From the NCBI RefSeq assembly GCF_006345805.1, contig NC_043011.1, positions 50,914,464 through 50,978,463 of the forward strand: DNA of 64,000 bases. The letters are read 5' to 3'. Every line of letters begins with the position of its first letter. Position 1 is the stretch's first letter. Source of the DNA: Octopus sinensis. Taxonomy: Eukaryota. The notes beneath the pieces are model-generated. The model made no database searches and was not told the origin of the DNA. It worked only from the letters and a program-made list of their open reading frames with translations. Shown piece by piece: positions 24,376 to 37,069 of the stretch. The translations under genes were made by a program, and so were the position numbers.

Positions 24376-27265
24376 AAATATTTTAGTTTCATCAAATTTG
24401 AATATATTAATGACTAAAGGAGAGATTCTTGTTAGACTAATGGTTAATTATGTAAAAAATATGATGTAAGGTGGATAATTAGCTTAGCCCTTGTACTTAC
24501 AGGTGCTTGGAAGGGTGAAAGGCAAAATGCTTTAGAACTTGAGAGCAGTGTGGCAACAAATTGAGATAACCTTAGAAGTAAATTTTACTTGTGTGTTAAA
24601 CTATATTTAAAGCAACTTCACACATAAGATATAGAGGTTGTTTTTGAGACTAAAAAAAGAAAAAAAAAGAAAGAAAAACCTGCATCTTACTAGCCATGAA
24701 ATATGATAGTTTTTATTAAAACTTTAAAAAAAAAAAAAACTAATTTACAAGTCAGAAATATAAGGAATATATCCACTGAAAATTGAATCTTGGTATATTA
24801 ATATACATAATTTATCAATAAAATCACAAATTAAAATGTGAAGGAAATTCAAAATCAGTCTCTGTGGGATTCGAAACTTAGTAAGGGAAGTTAGCAAAAC
24901 CAGTACTAATTATCTCCAGGTAAAATTCAATTATCTCAGTCACCATCGCTGCTCTAATTTTCCATGTTAATATTTGCAGAAAAGTTAAGTCTATTAAAGC
25001 CCACAAGATATTGAATGGGAGAAAATTAGATGAAAACCGTGATTGAGATGTCATGGAAACAAGCAGAACCTTCGTATATAACTAATTAGAACTTTTATAG
25101 CAATTTAAAAGCCATAATAAATTTAATGTGAATGTAAAACCTTGCTTGGTACTTTTAAATGACGAACATGTTGAAGTTTTTAGATTTGTATAGCCCAGCT
25201 AGTAGTTTGTACTGAGTATATTAATGTAAACCATTCTCAAAATCAAGAGACTGCTAATGATTGACTGAATGAATTGAATAATCTAATTTTCAAACTCAAA
25301 TACATATATCTGCACCAAAAATAACCTTGTAAATTTCAAAGCAAGGAAGATAGAAGTAGATGGTGTTTCATTCTTAACAACTTGAACACTGGACATTATT
25401 GTAGTTTCTAACTCATGCTGATTTCTCTGAACCAGATACAAGGTCAGATTTTACAGAGGGGATGGAGAATATATTTCATTGAATGTATAGCTTATCACTG
25501 GAGCTTATTTAGTGACCCCAGAACAATAAAATGCTAAGATGACTCCAGAGAAATTTGAACTCAAAACTAAAAAAAAAAAAGAGACTAAATATCATTAAAT
25601 CATACAGTTTGGCAACCAACCAGTTCTTGATTTGTAATAAATTCAGTGATTTGCTACGTTTATCATTGCAATAAAAGTCTAGATGTACATCATAGTTCTC
25701 TCCCACCCACCCACTGTAATTACCAGTCAATGAGGGAGCTGCTGTATGCTCACTCAACCTGTTAGAAATCACAACTTTGGCAAGTATATGTACTGAAGTT
25801 TACATTTTGCTGAAGAAGTGCAATAAGACTGAAACATAACCAGAGTTGTCACCTATATTTGCCAAAATGATTAAAACTACAATAGTTATTGAAGTTTTGA
25901 GTATTCTCCTCTACTTCAAAAATATATTGTGTGTTTCATTTAATTTTTTACTTTCTCATAATAGATGGTTTAAATTTAAATAGGAACACTTCTAAAACAA
26001 AATATAAATAAAGCTATAATTTGATTTGGAATAAATTGTGAATTTCATAACTTTTTTTATGTTATTGTTACTGTTAACATTGCGTAAACACCAGCTGTGA
26101 ATAAATGATTTGTGAATAGGAGCAAATGTGGATTTCATGGAGTTAAAGAACCCAGAAATAAATTAAACAAACCACTGATCGAAAGTATATTATTTCGAGT
26201 AGAACAAAGAGAATGAGTTTAAATATGAGGTTTATTTACTGTGGTTCATTTTGAAATATGTGATAGTTGTGAAGCCCTCCAGGTCAGACCAAACCAAATA
26301 GCCTATTATAGGGCTGATGTGAAATTGACAAATGCTATATTTTCTTTCAGAAGCATATACAAACTATGAGCCAACAAAGAAGCTTCTAAACAGTTACTTG
26401 GTCTGCTAGAAATAACAATCAAACCTCTATCAAATTACACCCTACTGTTTTAATTAGATCATGTAATCCTAGATAGTCATAACAAGATGGAACAGTCATG
26501 GCTGGAATGTCCTCAACCATAGTACAGACCTGGGGCTAAAAAACAACAACGATGACACTATATCCATTTTGATAATGAATGCTGTTAAGTGGAACAAACA
26601 ATAATTTTGAGTTGTTTAAAATCTAAAGGAACAAAATTCAAGCAAACCAGACAAATTGACAAAATAATGGAGGGAATGGTGCAGGTGGCCATAGAAATTA
26701 AATGTTGTGTGGTATTTAGTATGTTCTGAGTTAAAATCCAACCAGTATAGGAACTACACATTTCAGATAGAATGATGTCTCATAAGATAACATGAACTGA
26801 AGACTATATCACAAGAAGGGATCAGTTGATTAAATTGACCCCAGTACCTGACTGGTACTAGAACAGTTTCCAAAGTGATCACCATGAAAAAACAATGAAT
26901 GACAAGTTTTTTCAAAATCCTTAAAAATATAATTAATAATGAAAATTCTTGAAGTTGTATATAAATTCTAGTATGTAGTGAAACCTAGAGCAGTAGAGCG
27001 GTATGTTATCAGAATAAGCTTGAAGTTACTAATCCAAGTAACTGCTAGGAACACATTAAAATATGCAAATCAGTCTATCCAATTTACTTAAGCCATTAAT
27101 AATAATGGGTTTATAAGCAATATTTCTGTGGACAGTTAAAGAGAGTACTTGCTTGTTGATGAAAACTCAAACAAAGGTTTATCCTATTAGCTTTCAGATT
27201 ACACTGTCAAATGTAATGTTTATTTATTCCCATTGTTTTGAATAAATTCATGCCGTTGTCTTGTA

Positions 27266-27547
27266 TTATTCTATATTTTAGAGATGAGGAATTCTGTACA
27301 TTATTTACATTGGATGGATATGTGTCCTCATCTTGTTTGTTGTTACCACATTTCGGTTGATTTACTCTCCAGCCTTATCAAGTGTCCTGTTAGAATTTTG
27401 AACCCAAACTTTAGGAATGAGACCCAGGGTTGGGTTCAAAATTCTATCAGGACACCTGATGAAGGCTGGAGAGTAAATCAGCTGAAACGCTGTGGTAACA
27501 ACAAACAAGACGAGGACACACAGACATCCAATGTAAATAATGTACGA
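27266..27547. mobile_element. Penelope-like terminal-repeat insertion in inverted arrangement
   Basis: About 112-bp inverted arms (27296-27407 and 27430-27545) with a hammerhead-like core. Flanked by duplicated tcttgta and interrupts a family E MITE. Confidence 0.75.
27451..27496 (+). ncRNA. Minimal type I hammerhead ribozyme motif, probably degenerate
   Basis: gacac-CTGATGA-a-ggctg...cagct-GAAA-cgct-gtggt: core boxes at 27456-27462 and 27484-27487, 5-bp stem II, short stem I. The U expected before the cleavage site appears to be replaced by C. Confidence 0.6.
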
Positions 27548-27792
27548 TATCTTGTATCTTCGAGATTTTGATGACATGGTTATAATCTATGTTGTAGAAC
27601 TAGTAATTTATACTGAATAGTGTAGCAGGAGACAAACTCTATAAAGATAGGATAATCAGTGAAACACTGGGGTCAATGTAATTGACTAGCTCTCTCCAGC
27701 CAAATTTCAGGCCTTGTGTTTTTAGTAGAAAAGATTGTTGTTGTTGTTGTTATTGTTATTATTATTATTATGATTATTATTATTATTATTAA

Positions 27793-28010
27793 AGTGGTGA
27801 GCTGGCAGAATCATTAGCATGCCGGGCAAAATGCTAAGTGGCATTTCATCTATTTTTATGTTCTGGGTTCAAATTCTACTAAGATTGACATTGTCTTTTA
27901 TCCCTTCAGGATCAATAAAATAAACACCAGTTGATTGCTGGTGGCAATATAATCAACTAGTACCCTCAGCTCTCTAACAAAATTCCAGGCCTTGTGCCTG
28001 TAGTAGAAAG
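27793..28010 (+). mobile_element. SINE family B
   Basis: ggtgagctggcagaatcattagcatgccgggcaaaatgc...ttctgggttcaaattc..., preceded by a (TTG/TTA)n run and flanked by other family B fragments. Confidence 0.82.
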
Positions 28011-29219
28011 AAGAAGAAATCATCATTATCAAAGAGGTGGATGGCAGAACTGGCAGAGTGCTTGAAAAACATGAAATGCTTTACAGCATTTAGTCACAAC
28101 CCTTGTTTCTCAAATGTGTTTTTTATGTTATCAACTCCTTTGAGTGTTGATCAAATAAAAGTACCAATCAAGTAACGAGGCTGACTTAATTATCTATACA
28201 TCCTAATTAAGATATTTGTAGCTTTATGTTAATCTTAGAAATTGATTTTTAATTTATTGAAGTTGCATTGTCCAGCCTGCATGAGATCTATTTATTTGTT
28301 ACCTGCAGTTACACCTTCAGATTGCATAACATTGTATATGTCAGGCTGTGTAGGGTGGTGGTGGATAACAGTATTGTTCTCTATCCAGAAATGTCATTCA
28401 CTATTTCTTTTATTTTCCCCTCAATTCTAGGTTGGCCCTGATTGGGTGAATCTGCAATGAAAACTATTCCAACCTTGACTATCCCATCATTCACTTGAAC
28501 AGTATGTATATCTGGAACTCCATATTCCAATGTGTCCCACCTTTTTTCAAAATCATAGGGTGTAATTCCTTAGAATTTTGGTAGCTATTTCTAGCAAGGA
28601 GCAACCATCTAGAATCTCTCTGCAAATCTGTTTTACATCCTATTTAATACCTCATTTTTGCTTAAACAAAACCTGGAATTCACTTTACATCACATATAAA
28701 GCATTTAATATATAGTTGAAAAGTATAATCCTGAATGTAAAAGTGAGGACAATGAAATATCTTTCCCCTATGTTGTTAGATGTTCTTGTCGTCGTCATCA
28801 TCATTTAACACCTGCCTTCCCTGTTTGTGTGGGTTGTATGGTTTGGTAGGAGCTGGTAAGCTGGAGAGCAGCACCAGGTTCCATTGTCTGCTTTGACACA
28901 GTTTCTATGGCTGGATGCTCTTCCTAATGCCAACCACTTCTATATAATTACTGTAGGCTCAAAAAGGAATGCAATTCTGTTATTTATACACATTATTTTA
29001 GCGTTTAGTGTGGAGAAATGATTGCTGCGTGTGATTTGCACAAATTTTATCAACATTTGTATAGTAGCTATCAACTCTAACATTAAATTTATATTTTGTC
29101 AGACTGAAGCAGATTTTGTATTTATCTGCAGTTTCAATACAAAATATACCTATGTATATATTAAGGGCACCACAATCATCATGTTTTAATTAACATACAG
29201 AGACATACAGGTTAATTCC

Positions 29220-30400
29220 GAAGTCAATTACTGGCATCAAAGGAAAATTAGGGACAAAATTACCTTTAAACAAGATACAGGTTGGCTCTGAGCCAGGAAG
29301 AGACTCAACTGATACCATCTCCTGGTTATGAGTAAGACTTTATAACTAGTATCTGTTGAAATAGTGTGCGTGGCAGAGTTCCAAAATCTGTAGTTAGGGG
29401 ACAGCCCAGGAAACAAGGGTTAGATGAATGGCTTGTGAAAGTAGAAAAAGCCATGTATAAGGTTATGTCAACAAAATGAAAGCCAGCAATAAGTTCAGTG
29501 ATGAATTTAGCCTACAGGTAGAGTCCATCCACTAAGATACACTTCTTGTTCCCTGCCACCTTTATAATAGGCTCACAACCATAAGAAAGGAATTTAAAAC
29601 TGGCTAAACATGGGAATTCTTGTATGCTGATGACTGAATTGTAAATGCTGAATCTAAAGAAGATTTAGAGACTAAATTCCAGACAAAGCCTAGAAATGTC
29701 AGGCCTCAAAGTAAACTTAGCAAAAAACAAAGTACTCTGCTACCATCAGAGAAAAGGAATAGGTAGAAATTTCATATGTTGTACCCAGTATAGGCTACTA
29801 ATACACTAGATGTAAGCATTAGTCATGCAGGCTGTATGTAGGAGATGCACAGCAATAGTTAGCAGTAACAGTAGACATGAAATAAATCCATTCAAATGCT
29901 TAGATGGCTTACTGAAACTGGTTGATCACTTTTGCTTCCAAGGTGATGTAATTCGTAGATGGAGGTGGGTGTTCCAAAGCATAGAAACCAGATTAACAAG
30001 AGGATGGAAAAGTTTAGGGAGCTGTTGGTAACGAAGGGCTTGTTTCTCAGAATAAAGAGATTGTGTGATATTTGCATACAAGTATGATGTGGACTTCCTC
30101 TGGATGTATGTTAGGATGCAGGAATGATGGAGTACAAATGAACTGAGAGAAAAAGCTGGATGCAAGAGCAATCAGATATAGTGCTGAAGAGAGAAGACTG
30201 TGGTGGTGTGTAGACTGTGATGTTGTGTATGAAAGATGTCAATTGTAGAAATAAGTGTTGAGCATTTGAAGTGGATGCAAATTTTAGGGGATAGACCTAG
30301 GAAGACATGGAACAATCAAGTGGTGAAAAGTGATTTCAAGAGGTTGAGCTTTATGAAGGAGATGATAGAGAAGCACAAGTGGTGGCATGTGGTACTTCTG
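29220..30400 (+). pseudogene. Decayed RTE-clade LINE reverse transcriptase
   Basis: Collinear motifs broken by stops and frameshifts: IQVGSEPGRDSTDTI (QFGF.PGR.TTDAI), RVPKSVV..RKQGLDEWLVKV..AMY, WEFLYADD (29611-29634), LEMSGLKVNLAK, VDHFCFQGDVI, RLTRGWK, DRPRKTW..VVKSD. Confidence 0.9.
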
Positions 30401-30821
30401 CACACAATATCCAAGTTAAACTTCTGTATCCCTCTCAGATGTCATTAATTGAATATATTGAGAGAGAGAGAGAGAGGACATACACATGTAAGACCCTGGG
30501 GAACTAAAATGTTTAGGGTTAACTGAGAGATACAGGACAGAAGGAAAAGAAATTCTATTTCCCCTAGCTCTAATTTGAGTAAAAGAAAAACTGTTTAGAA
30601 AGCTTGGTCAAGATGGATAAAGTCAGTAAACTGAATCATTGACACAATAGTGTTTCATTAAAGACAAGTCCGAAATGTGGACTTGATAAGAGACAGGAGT
30701 GAACAATTACTGATTGTTAATATAGTCATATACAATGGGACAACAGTGACTAAATTATTTCATTACAACTAGAAATTTATGGCCTTGTGCCAAATGTAAG
30801 AAATAATTTTTATTATTGTTA

Positions 30822-31322
30822 CAGAATCGAAATCGATCAATGGAAATTGCGGATGTGCTACCAGTGCCGGTGGCATGTCGAAACTCTGCTTGTGAAGACC
30901 CATTGAGGCAAGTGAGGATCAGAATCGAAATCGATCAATGGAAATCGATCAATGGAAATTGCAGATGTGTTACCAGTGCCGGTGGCATGTAAGAGAACTT
31001 TCCGTTTCGCGACTGTTGCCAGCACCGCCCCGTTTCGTGTCCGTTGCCAGCCTCGCCTGGCCCTCGTGCCGGTGGCACATAAAAAGCACCATCCGTTCGT
31101 GGCCGTTTGCCAGCTCTGTCTGGCACCAGTGCGGGTGGCACGTAAAAAGCACCCACTACACTCACGGAGTGGTTGGCGTTAGGAAGGGCATCCAGCCGTA
31201 GAAACACTGCCAGATTTGACTGGGCCTGATGAAGCCTTCTGGCTTCACAGACCCCAGTAGAACCGTCCAACCCATGCTAGCATGGAAAACGGACGCTAAA
31301 TGATGATGATGATGATGATGAT
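30822..31322 (+). mobile_element. Family C retroposon, longest copy, with variant 5' repeat units
   Basis: Four gtgcNggtggcaY units upstream of the conserved body, a duplicated cagaatcgaaatcgatcaatggaaa block, and a (GAT)n tail. Confidence 0.9.
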
Positions 31323-34300
31323 GTTAGGTTGTAGTCAGTCCTGATAAAACAGACCAAGCAAGAGTCAAACCAAGCAAGAGTCAATGGCATCCTAGCTGTG
31401 ATCATCCTATAGTTTTTTTTATTTATCCTTCCTTGGCTTGTGGAGACCTCATGCTTGCAGCATGTTCATATTGTGGTATTAAAAACACATTGAGGATTTG
31501 TTGTCAAACTATATGGTCATTATAGTTTAATAATGAAGATGACCCAAGAAAGAATTAATAGATGTAATTGTCAAGAGGAATGCAGAACAAGCAAATCCAA
31601 AAGCCCAGTGTTCAGTGACTCAACAATGATAGCAAAATACCAAATTATCATGTATTTCATTTAGATTTATTTTCTTGATCCCAAAAGAAAGGGAAAATCT
31701 CATAGATGAGAAAATCAAAATGTACAAGCTACAATTTATGGTTAAAAACTGTTTGGCATACAACTTTACTCTTCATAAAGTAACACAGATAGGCACTTGA
31801 GTATTTAAATTAAGGGCTTAGTTGAAACAGCTGCAATGCATCTAGTAAAAAATCCCATGAATGAACAATATGAGATGTCTCGCAGTCTTACAATACCAGC
31901 AGCAAGACATATGTGATCTGAGTCAAGAGGATGTTTAAAGAATGTAGGGTGTCATGAGAAAAGAATGGGAGCGGAGGGTGGTGTGAAGAAGTTGGGTAAA
32001 GGTGTCTGCAACGAGTTTGGAGCCAGAGTATTTATAATTAAGTCTTGTAACATAGGGTGTATACAGATGATTGAATCACTTTATTATTGTAAAGCTGCTA
32101 CTTATTTTATCAACCATGGAGGAATGAATGCTAACCCTACCTATACCTATGAGGGTGGGGTGGTGGTGGTGGTGGAGGAGGAGGAGGTGGAAAGGAGACA
32201 GACAGACAGAAGTCATGGTTTGAAATTAGAACAGTGAGACACAAAATCTGATACTTCAAAAGCATCTTCACTGCCACCACCATCCAAATGGAAGGATGAT
32301 CATCATGAAGAAATGTAGGCTTCAGAATATCTCTCTTAACTTCTTTCCTGATTATACAGAGTACATATGCCCCTGTCTTATCTAATTAACTCCAAATAAC
32401 TTGCTTATCTTTTAATATTTATAAATCACTTTTTCACTTTTATGTCTATTTTTCCATGCTAGTATGAATTAAATGAATATATTATCCAAGCAATTTTTTA
32501 CAGTTTGAAGCCTTTCCTGTTGTTGTTAATCCTTATTTGTTTTACAAATAAGGAATCCATTATTTCACATATCTTGGAATGTGCAAAGCCAGCAGATGAT
32601 TTTTTGACAAGGGAAAAAAACAGTAGTATCACTGTTTATAACTCAGCAGTTTTCAGAGAAGCACTAAAGTAAACAAATACACATGTGCATGCATGCATGC
32701 ATTTACACATGCACAGACAATGGACTTTCCACCTATCAAATCCACTCGCAAGACTTTTGTTGGCCCAGGGCTATAATGGAAGGCACCTACTCAAGGAGTT
32801 GAATAGTGGGACTGGACCTGAAACCATGTGGCTGAGAAATGAACTTTTTAACCACGCAGTCATGGCTGTAGCTCAAGTAATACCTGCATATGATTAAGCA
32901 TGTGCATGTGCACTACACATGCACACATATTATATGAGTTCTACCCATTTGATAAGAGACCTGACCTGAGATCATGTGGTGAAACGGAAAGATTTTGTAT
33001 CATCAATGTGCCATGACAAACTGTTTAGATTACACATACAGTTTCTGTTGTATCCTTTTACATTTTATTCTCTAATAGTTTTTACGTGTCAGAAAACTGT
33101 CAAACATCTATGATCTGATCAATAATATGCTTCTATTTTTTTGAGATAGAGAGGAATATAGGACTATCAGTGACCAGGTTGTAACTGTACACTGGAAGGC
33201 TTTGATATTTAATATACAATATTATTACAAAATAGAACACAAGTGGATATAATAGTATATGCTTGTTTTAAATGACAACTATGATGCAATAGTCACACAC
33301 ACACAATGTACAAAGTTAGTGATTTATTCTATTGCTATTTAGTGCTGGACTGGTACTCATTTTACTGACCCTGAAAGTATGAAAGGCAAAGTTGACCTTG
33401 GCAGATTTGAACTTAGAATGTTATAATAGAAAACGCCAGTTAAATTCTGAGAAAGAGTTTAATTCCACTACAAAACTATAATTTCTTTTGTTTCTATAAT
33501 GGCCCCATGTTTCTCAGAGATGACTGATTTTGTACTTTCATCACTGAGACATTCCTGATCTAACTGGTCTCTCTACCTCCCACTAGCCTTATTGTATCCA
33601 ACCCTTCCCTGGCCCCACACAATGCCACAACATTGTCCTTTAACAGCACCAATCAAGCTCACTGGTCTCAAAGGACCTTCAGAGATCATGAGCACTTTCT
33701 TCCTCTTCAGACTCAAGAAAAACAAAACCCCTACAATAACGTTTATCACCATTTAACATCCACTATTAAATGCATGCACCAGCTGGAGGGAATGTTGATG
33801 AAGACTTTTCTATAGCTAGATGTCTTTCTCCTCTAACAAATCTATTTTTGAACTATATTTTCTATGAATGAAGGTTATAGGTGATAGATTGTTTTAATCA
33901 GTCAGGTTCACAATCTATTACTATCACTGTGATGTCCCTGGCAATGACACTCAAATCAGACTTGTACAATCCACTCGGCTGTAAATAGGTCCCAAGTAGA
34001 CGCACAGCTCAGCTTACAGATTGTAAGCAGCAGGTGCAGTGCATACTTGAGAAGTGTTTAATTCATTAACTGACTGCAATGACTTGGAAACCCTCCCATG
34101 AGTATAGAGAGAAAAGAAAAAATTGGGTGGTAGAGGTGTATGTACAGCAAAAAAAAAAAAAAGATTTATGTCAACTACTTAACATTGTAAAAGCTGGAAT
34201 AATCTACAGCTCACCTCTCAACTGCTCAACACTTTTAATATAGCATCCTTATAGGGCCCCTTTGTTATGTAATATCCAGATATCTTCTATATCAGTTACA

Positions 34301-35189
34301 ATTCTACTAAATCAGATGGGGAAGATGGAGAAGCAAAAGTTATCAAAACAAAGTCTGTCAGATTTATATCTTAACTTTCCATCACTACTCTGTACGAGAC
34401 AGTTCACTGTAGTTTGTGTGTGTATTTGGGTGTATAAAAGCATGCACACATACACCTTGTTACTCCACTATAGTAATCTAATTTAGATCTAACCAATCAC
34501 ATCAGTCAGCTGTCCAAACATGCGTTAACAGTCCAGCCACACATACAGTGCCTTTTATATCACCACAATTGATTAATGAGAATCTTTCCCACACTGTTAA
34601 CCACTATGAAGGTAACCAACTGAAGCAAGTTTTATGTAATTTGCTATTACATTGTATTTGCTGTTTGCTGGTGAGCACATTGTGTGTGTGTGAGAGAGAG
34701 AGAGAGAAAGGGAGAGAGGGAGAGAGAGAACTAGGTTATCAAATCTAATATTGCCCATTTCATATAGTTCATGTGTGATTTGACATATCCATCAAGAAAT
34801 ATTCAAATCTATTGATTGGGGAAAGGACATTACCAATGATATGTGAATCTGGGTCACTTGCTTCACAGAAGCCGTAACATAAGTGATAATACCTTTTTGT
34901 TTTGTACACAGTCCCACATATTTATTATGGTTACCATTGTCCTTTAAACTGCTTAACTCTGGAGACTTAAGATCATATCATCTTGTTTTCAGATAAAGTA
35001 CATCTAAGATGACATTGTCCGATGTTACTTTCTTTTCCTTTCAAGACAGCAGAGTACTATGTGAAGATATTTAGCTGCTATTTTTACAAGCTAACTGACT
35101 ACACAGTTGGTCTATAGTATGTATTCCAGCACTCGGACCATGGATGTGTGCGTGTGTGTGCATGTATGTATATATATATAAATATGCAC

Positions 35190-35520
35190 AGTCGTGGCCG
35201 TGTGGTAAGAAGCTTGCTTCCTAGCTACATGGTTCCAGGCTGACCAAAGCCTTGTGGGTGGATTTGGTAGACAGAAACTGGTATGTATGTATGTATATGT
35301 CTGTGTGTATGTGTCTGTGTTTGTCTGCCCATCACCGCTTGACAACCAGTACTGTTGTGTTTATGTTCCCGTAGCTTAGCGGTTCGGCATAAAAGATTGA
35401 TAGAGTAAGTACTAGGCTTACAAAGAATAAGTCCTGGGGTTGATTTGTTTGACTAAAACCCTCCAAGGCGGTGCTCCAGCATAGCCACAAGTCATATGAC
35501 TGAAACAAGAGTAAAAGAAT
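35190..35520 (+). mobile_element. SINE family A with internal deletion
   Basis: The head jumps from catggttcc directly to ggctgaccaaagccttg; the tail is intact. Confidence 0.85.
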
Positions 35521-35896
35521 ATACATGCACACACACAAACATTATGATCTAAGTTTATTTTCGTTGTAGAAAAGGGACCAGCGAAACCAGTAGTCTAGGA
35601 TCAAATTCAAATACTAATAAAAATATTGAATCAATGGGGGGAAATCTTCAAGTGGTCACATCATCTGCTAGTAATAGTAGCAAAATCTCCCTCAAACCAC
35701 AATATACTGTCTTAAAAATAAAGGACAAACCTGACAGTATAGTTCTATATATACTGTACTTGGAAAATAGACAAAATCATAACGACTAGAATCTCCTTGA
35801 ACACAGGTCTGCTTGTTTAGAGTTGGCCTATTGGCTAAACAACATCCTATCGGTTGAGGGCAGGAAATGGTGCCTAATTAGTGAACACTTACTCAC

Positions 35897-35920
35897 CTGC
35901 TCGTCTAAACGACGCTGCAT
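35897..35920 (-). CDS. SIN3A: SIN3A-like paired amphipathic helix protein, first coding segment (MQRRLDEQ)
   Basis: ATG at 35920 (context ACAATGC) is preceded by in-frame stops. The segment ends at a consensus donor CAG|GTGAGT in phase 0. The peptide resembles the vertebrate SIN3A start MKRRLDDQ (recalled, not searched). Confidence 0.85.
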
Positions 35921-35990
35921 TGTCCAGCAAAACACAACTCTTTAAGCTTGTCACCAGACACTGCTGTATTTTGTAACCATCCAAAAAATA
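35921..35990 (-). other. SIN3A: 5'UTR part of the Sin3a start-codon exon
   Basis: Strong minus-strand acceptor tttaatttatttttcag| at 35991. The 94-nt exon 35897-35990 implies a further upstream non-coding exon. Confidence 0.75.
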
Positions 35991-36860
35991 CTGAAAAATA
36001 AATTAAAAAAAAGTCAGATTATGGAACATACTGCTGGCAAAACATTACACATTACTTAACACTGAAATTTTCAACAATGATACAACTGTTTTCTTCATTA
36101 AATTGTTAGACCAAAGTTAATGCTTTCATAAATATAAAAGCATGTGATCATAGTTGAGGAAATGATAAGACAGATCCATTTTCCTTTGTTTTGTTTACTG
36201 TCTTAGTCAGATGTGGGAGGGCAGCATCTATTATGACTTTTTGCAGTTTCAAGTGACTGATAAGAGAGAACAGAGAACTTGTGACTGATGGGTTACAGTG
36301 GAAAGCAGCAGGGAATCAAATATATTGGGACATCCTTGGATCAGAAATCTAGCCCAAATGCTTGTATATTCCTGCTAAAAGCACTATAAGCCCTTATTGT
36401 GGTGTTAAGACAGGTAATAGATTTAGTTTACCATCTCAAGAACAGGCACAGTCCACCTGACAAGCTTCCATATAGTCGTTGTCCATCTAGGCTCTAGCTT
36501 GAGTAGAGCGGAGTCTATGGAAGAAAACAGTAGCCAAAGATGTCCACATTGGGACTGAACCAAGAACTAATGTGACAGCAAAGCAAACTTCTTCATCAGA
36601 ACCATGCTTCAATAGTTTATCTTAAATCTTCTTAAATGAAGGAATAGCTGATCCAGATTACAAGAAACCTTTAAGAAAAATATCCCCACATCAGGACCAA
36701 CTTATTACATTTTATGGCAATAAGAACAACTTCAAATTAAAATTTTGTAAAACACCTTAATATTGTTTCACAACTAACTGACCTGGCAGGAAAACCAGGG
36801 TGGGATTCGGGGTTCTAAAATTAGTTGAATAAATAGTAACTGCAGAAAACTTTATTTTAA

Positions 36861-37069
36861 CCCTTTTGATACCAACCTGTTTGAGACCACCCCTAGTTCA
36901 GTGATAAAAACCTCCTGTTTTAAAGCGATCTAATTTAAAAACCTTCCATCAAAATTTCATGTTAATTTTGCTCTCCAAACTTCAGCTCAATAATGAAGTC
37001 ATTTCACTAAGTTCTCCATTATTTTCAATAAAGGCAATATATTTTGACATAAATATGGCAAGAAAAGAA
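36861..37069. mobile_element. piggyBac-like MITE family D
   Basis: TTAA|CCCTTTTGATACC start and a degenerate right end followed by TTAA. Confidence 0.8.

Noticed and set aside
31353-31384. 16-bp perfect tandem duplication (accaagcaagagtcaa x2)
   Set aside because: Real but an ordinary slippage event inside an old repeat.
35897-35990. Second fully open frame across the exon (YFLDGYKIQQ...)
   Set aside because: It ends in phase 1 and does not yield the SIN3A-like peptide when joined to the next exon.
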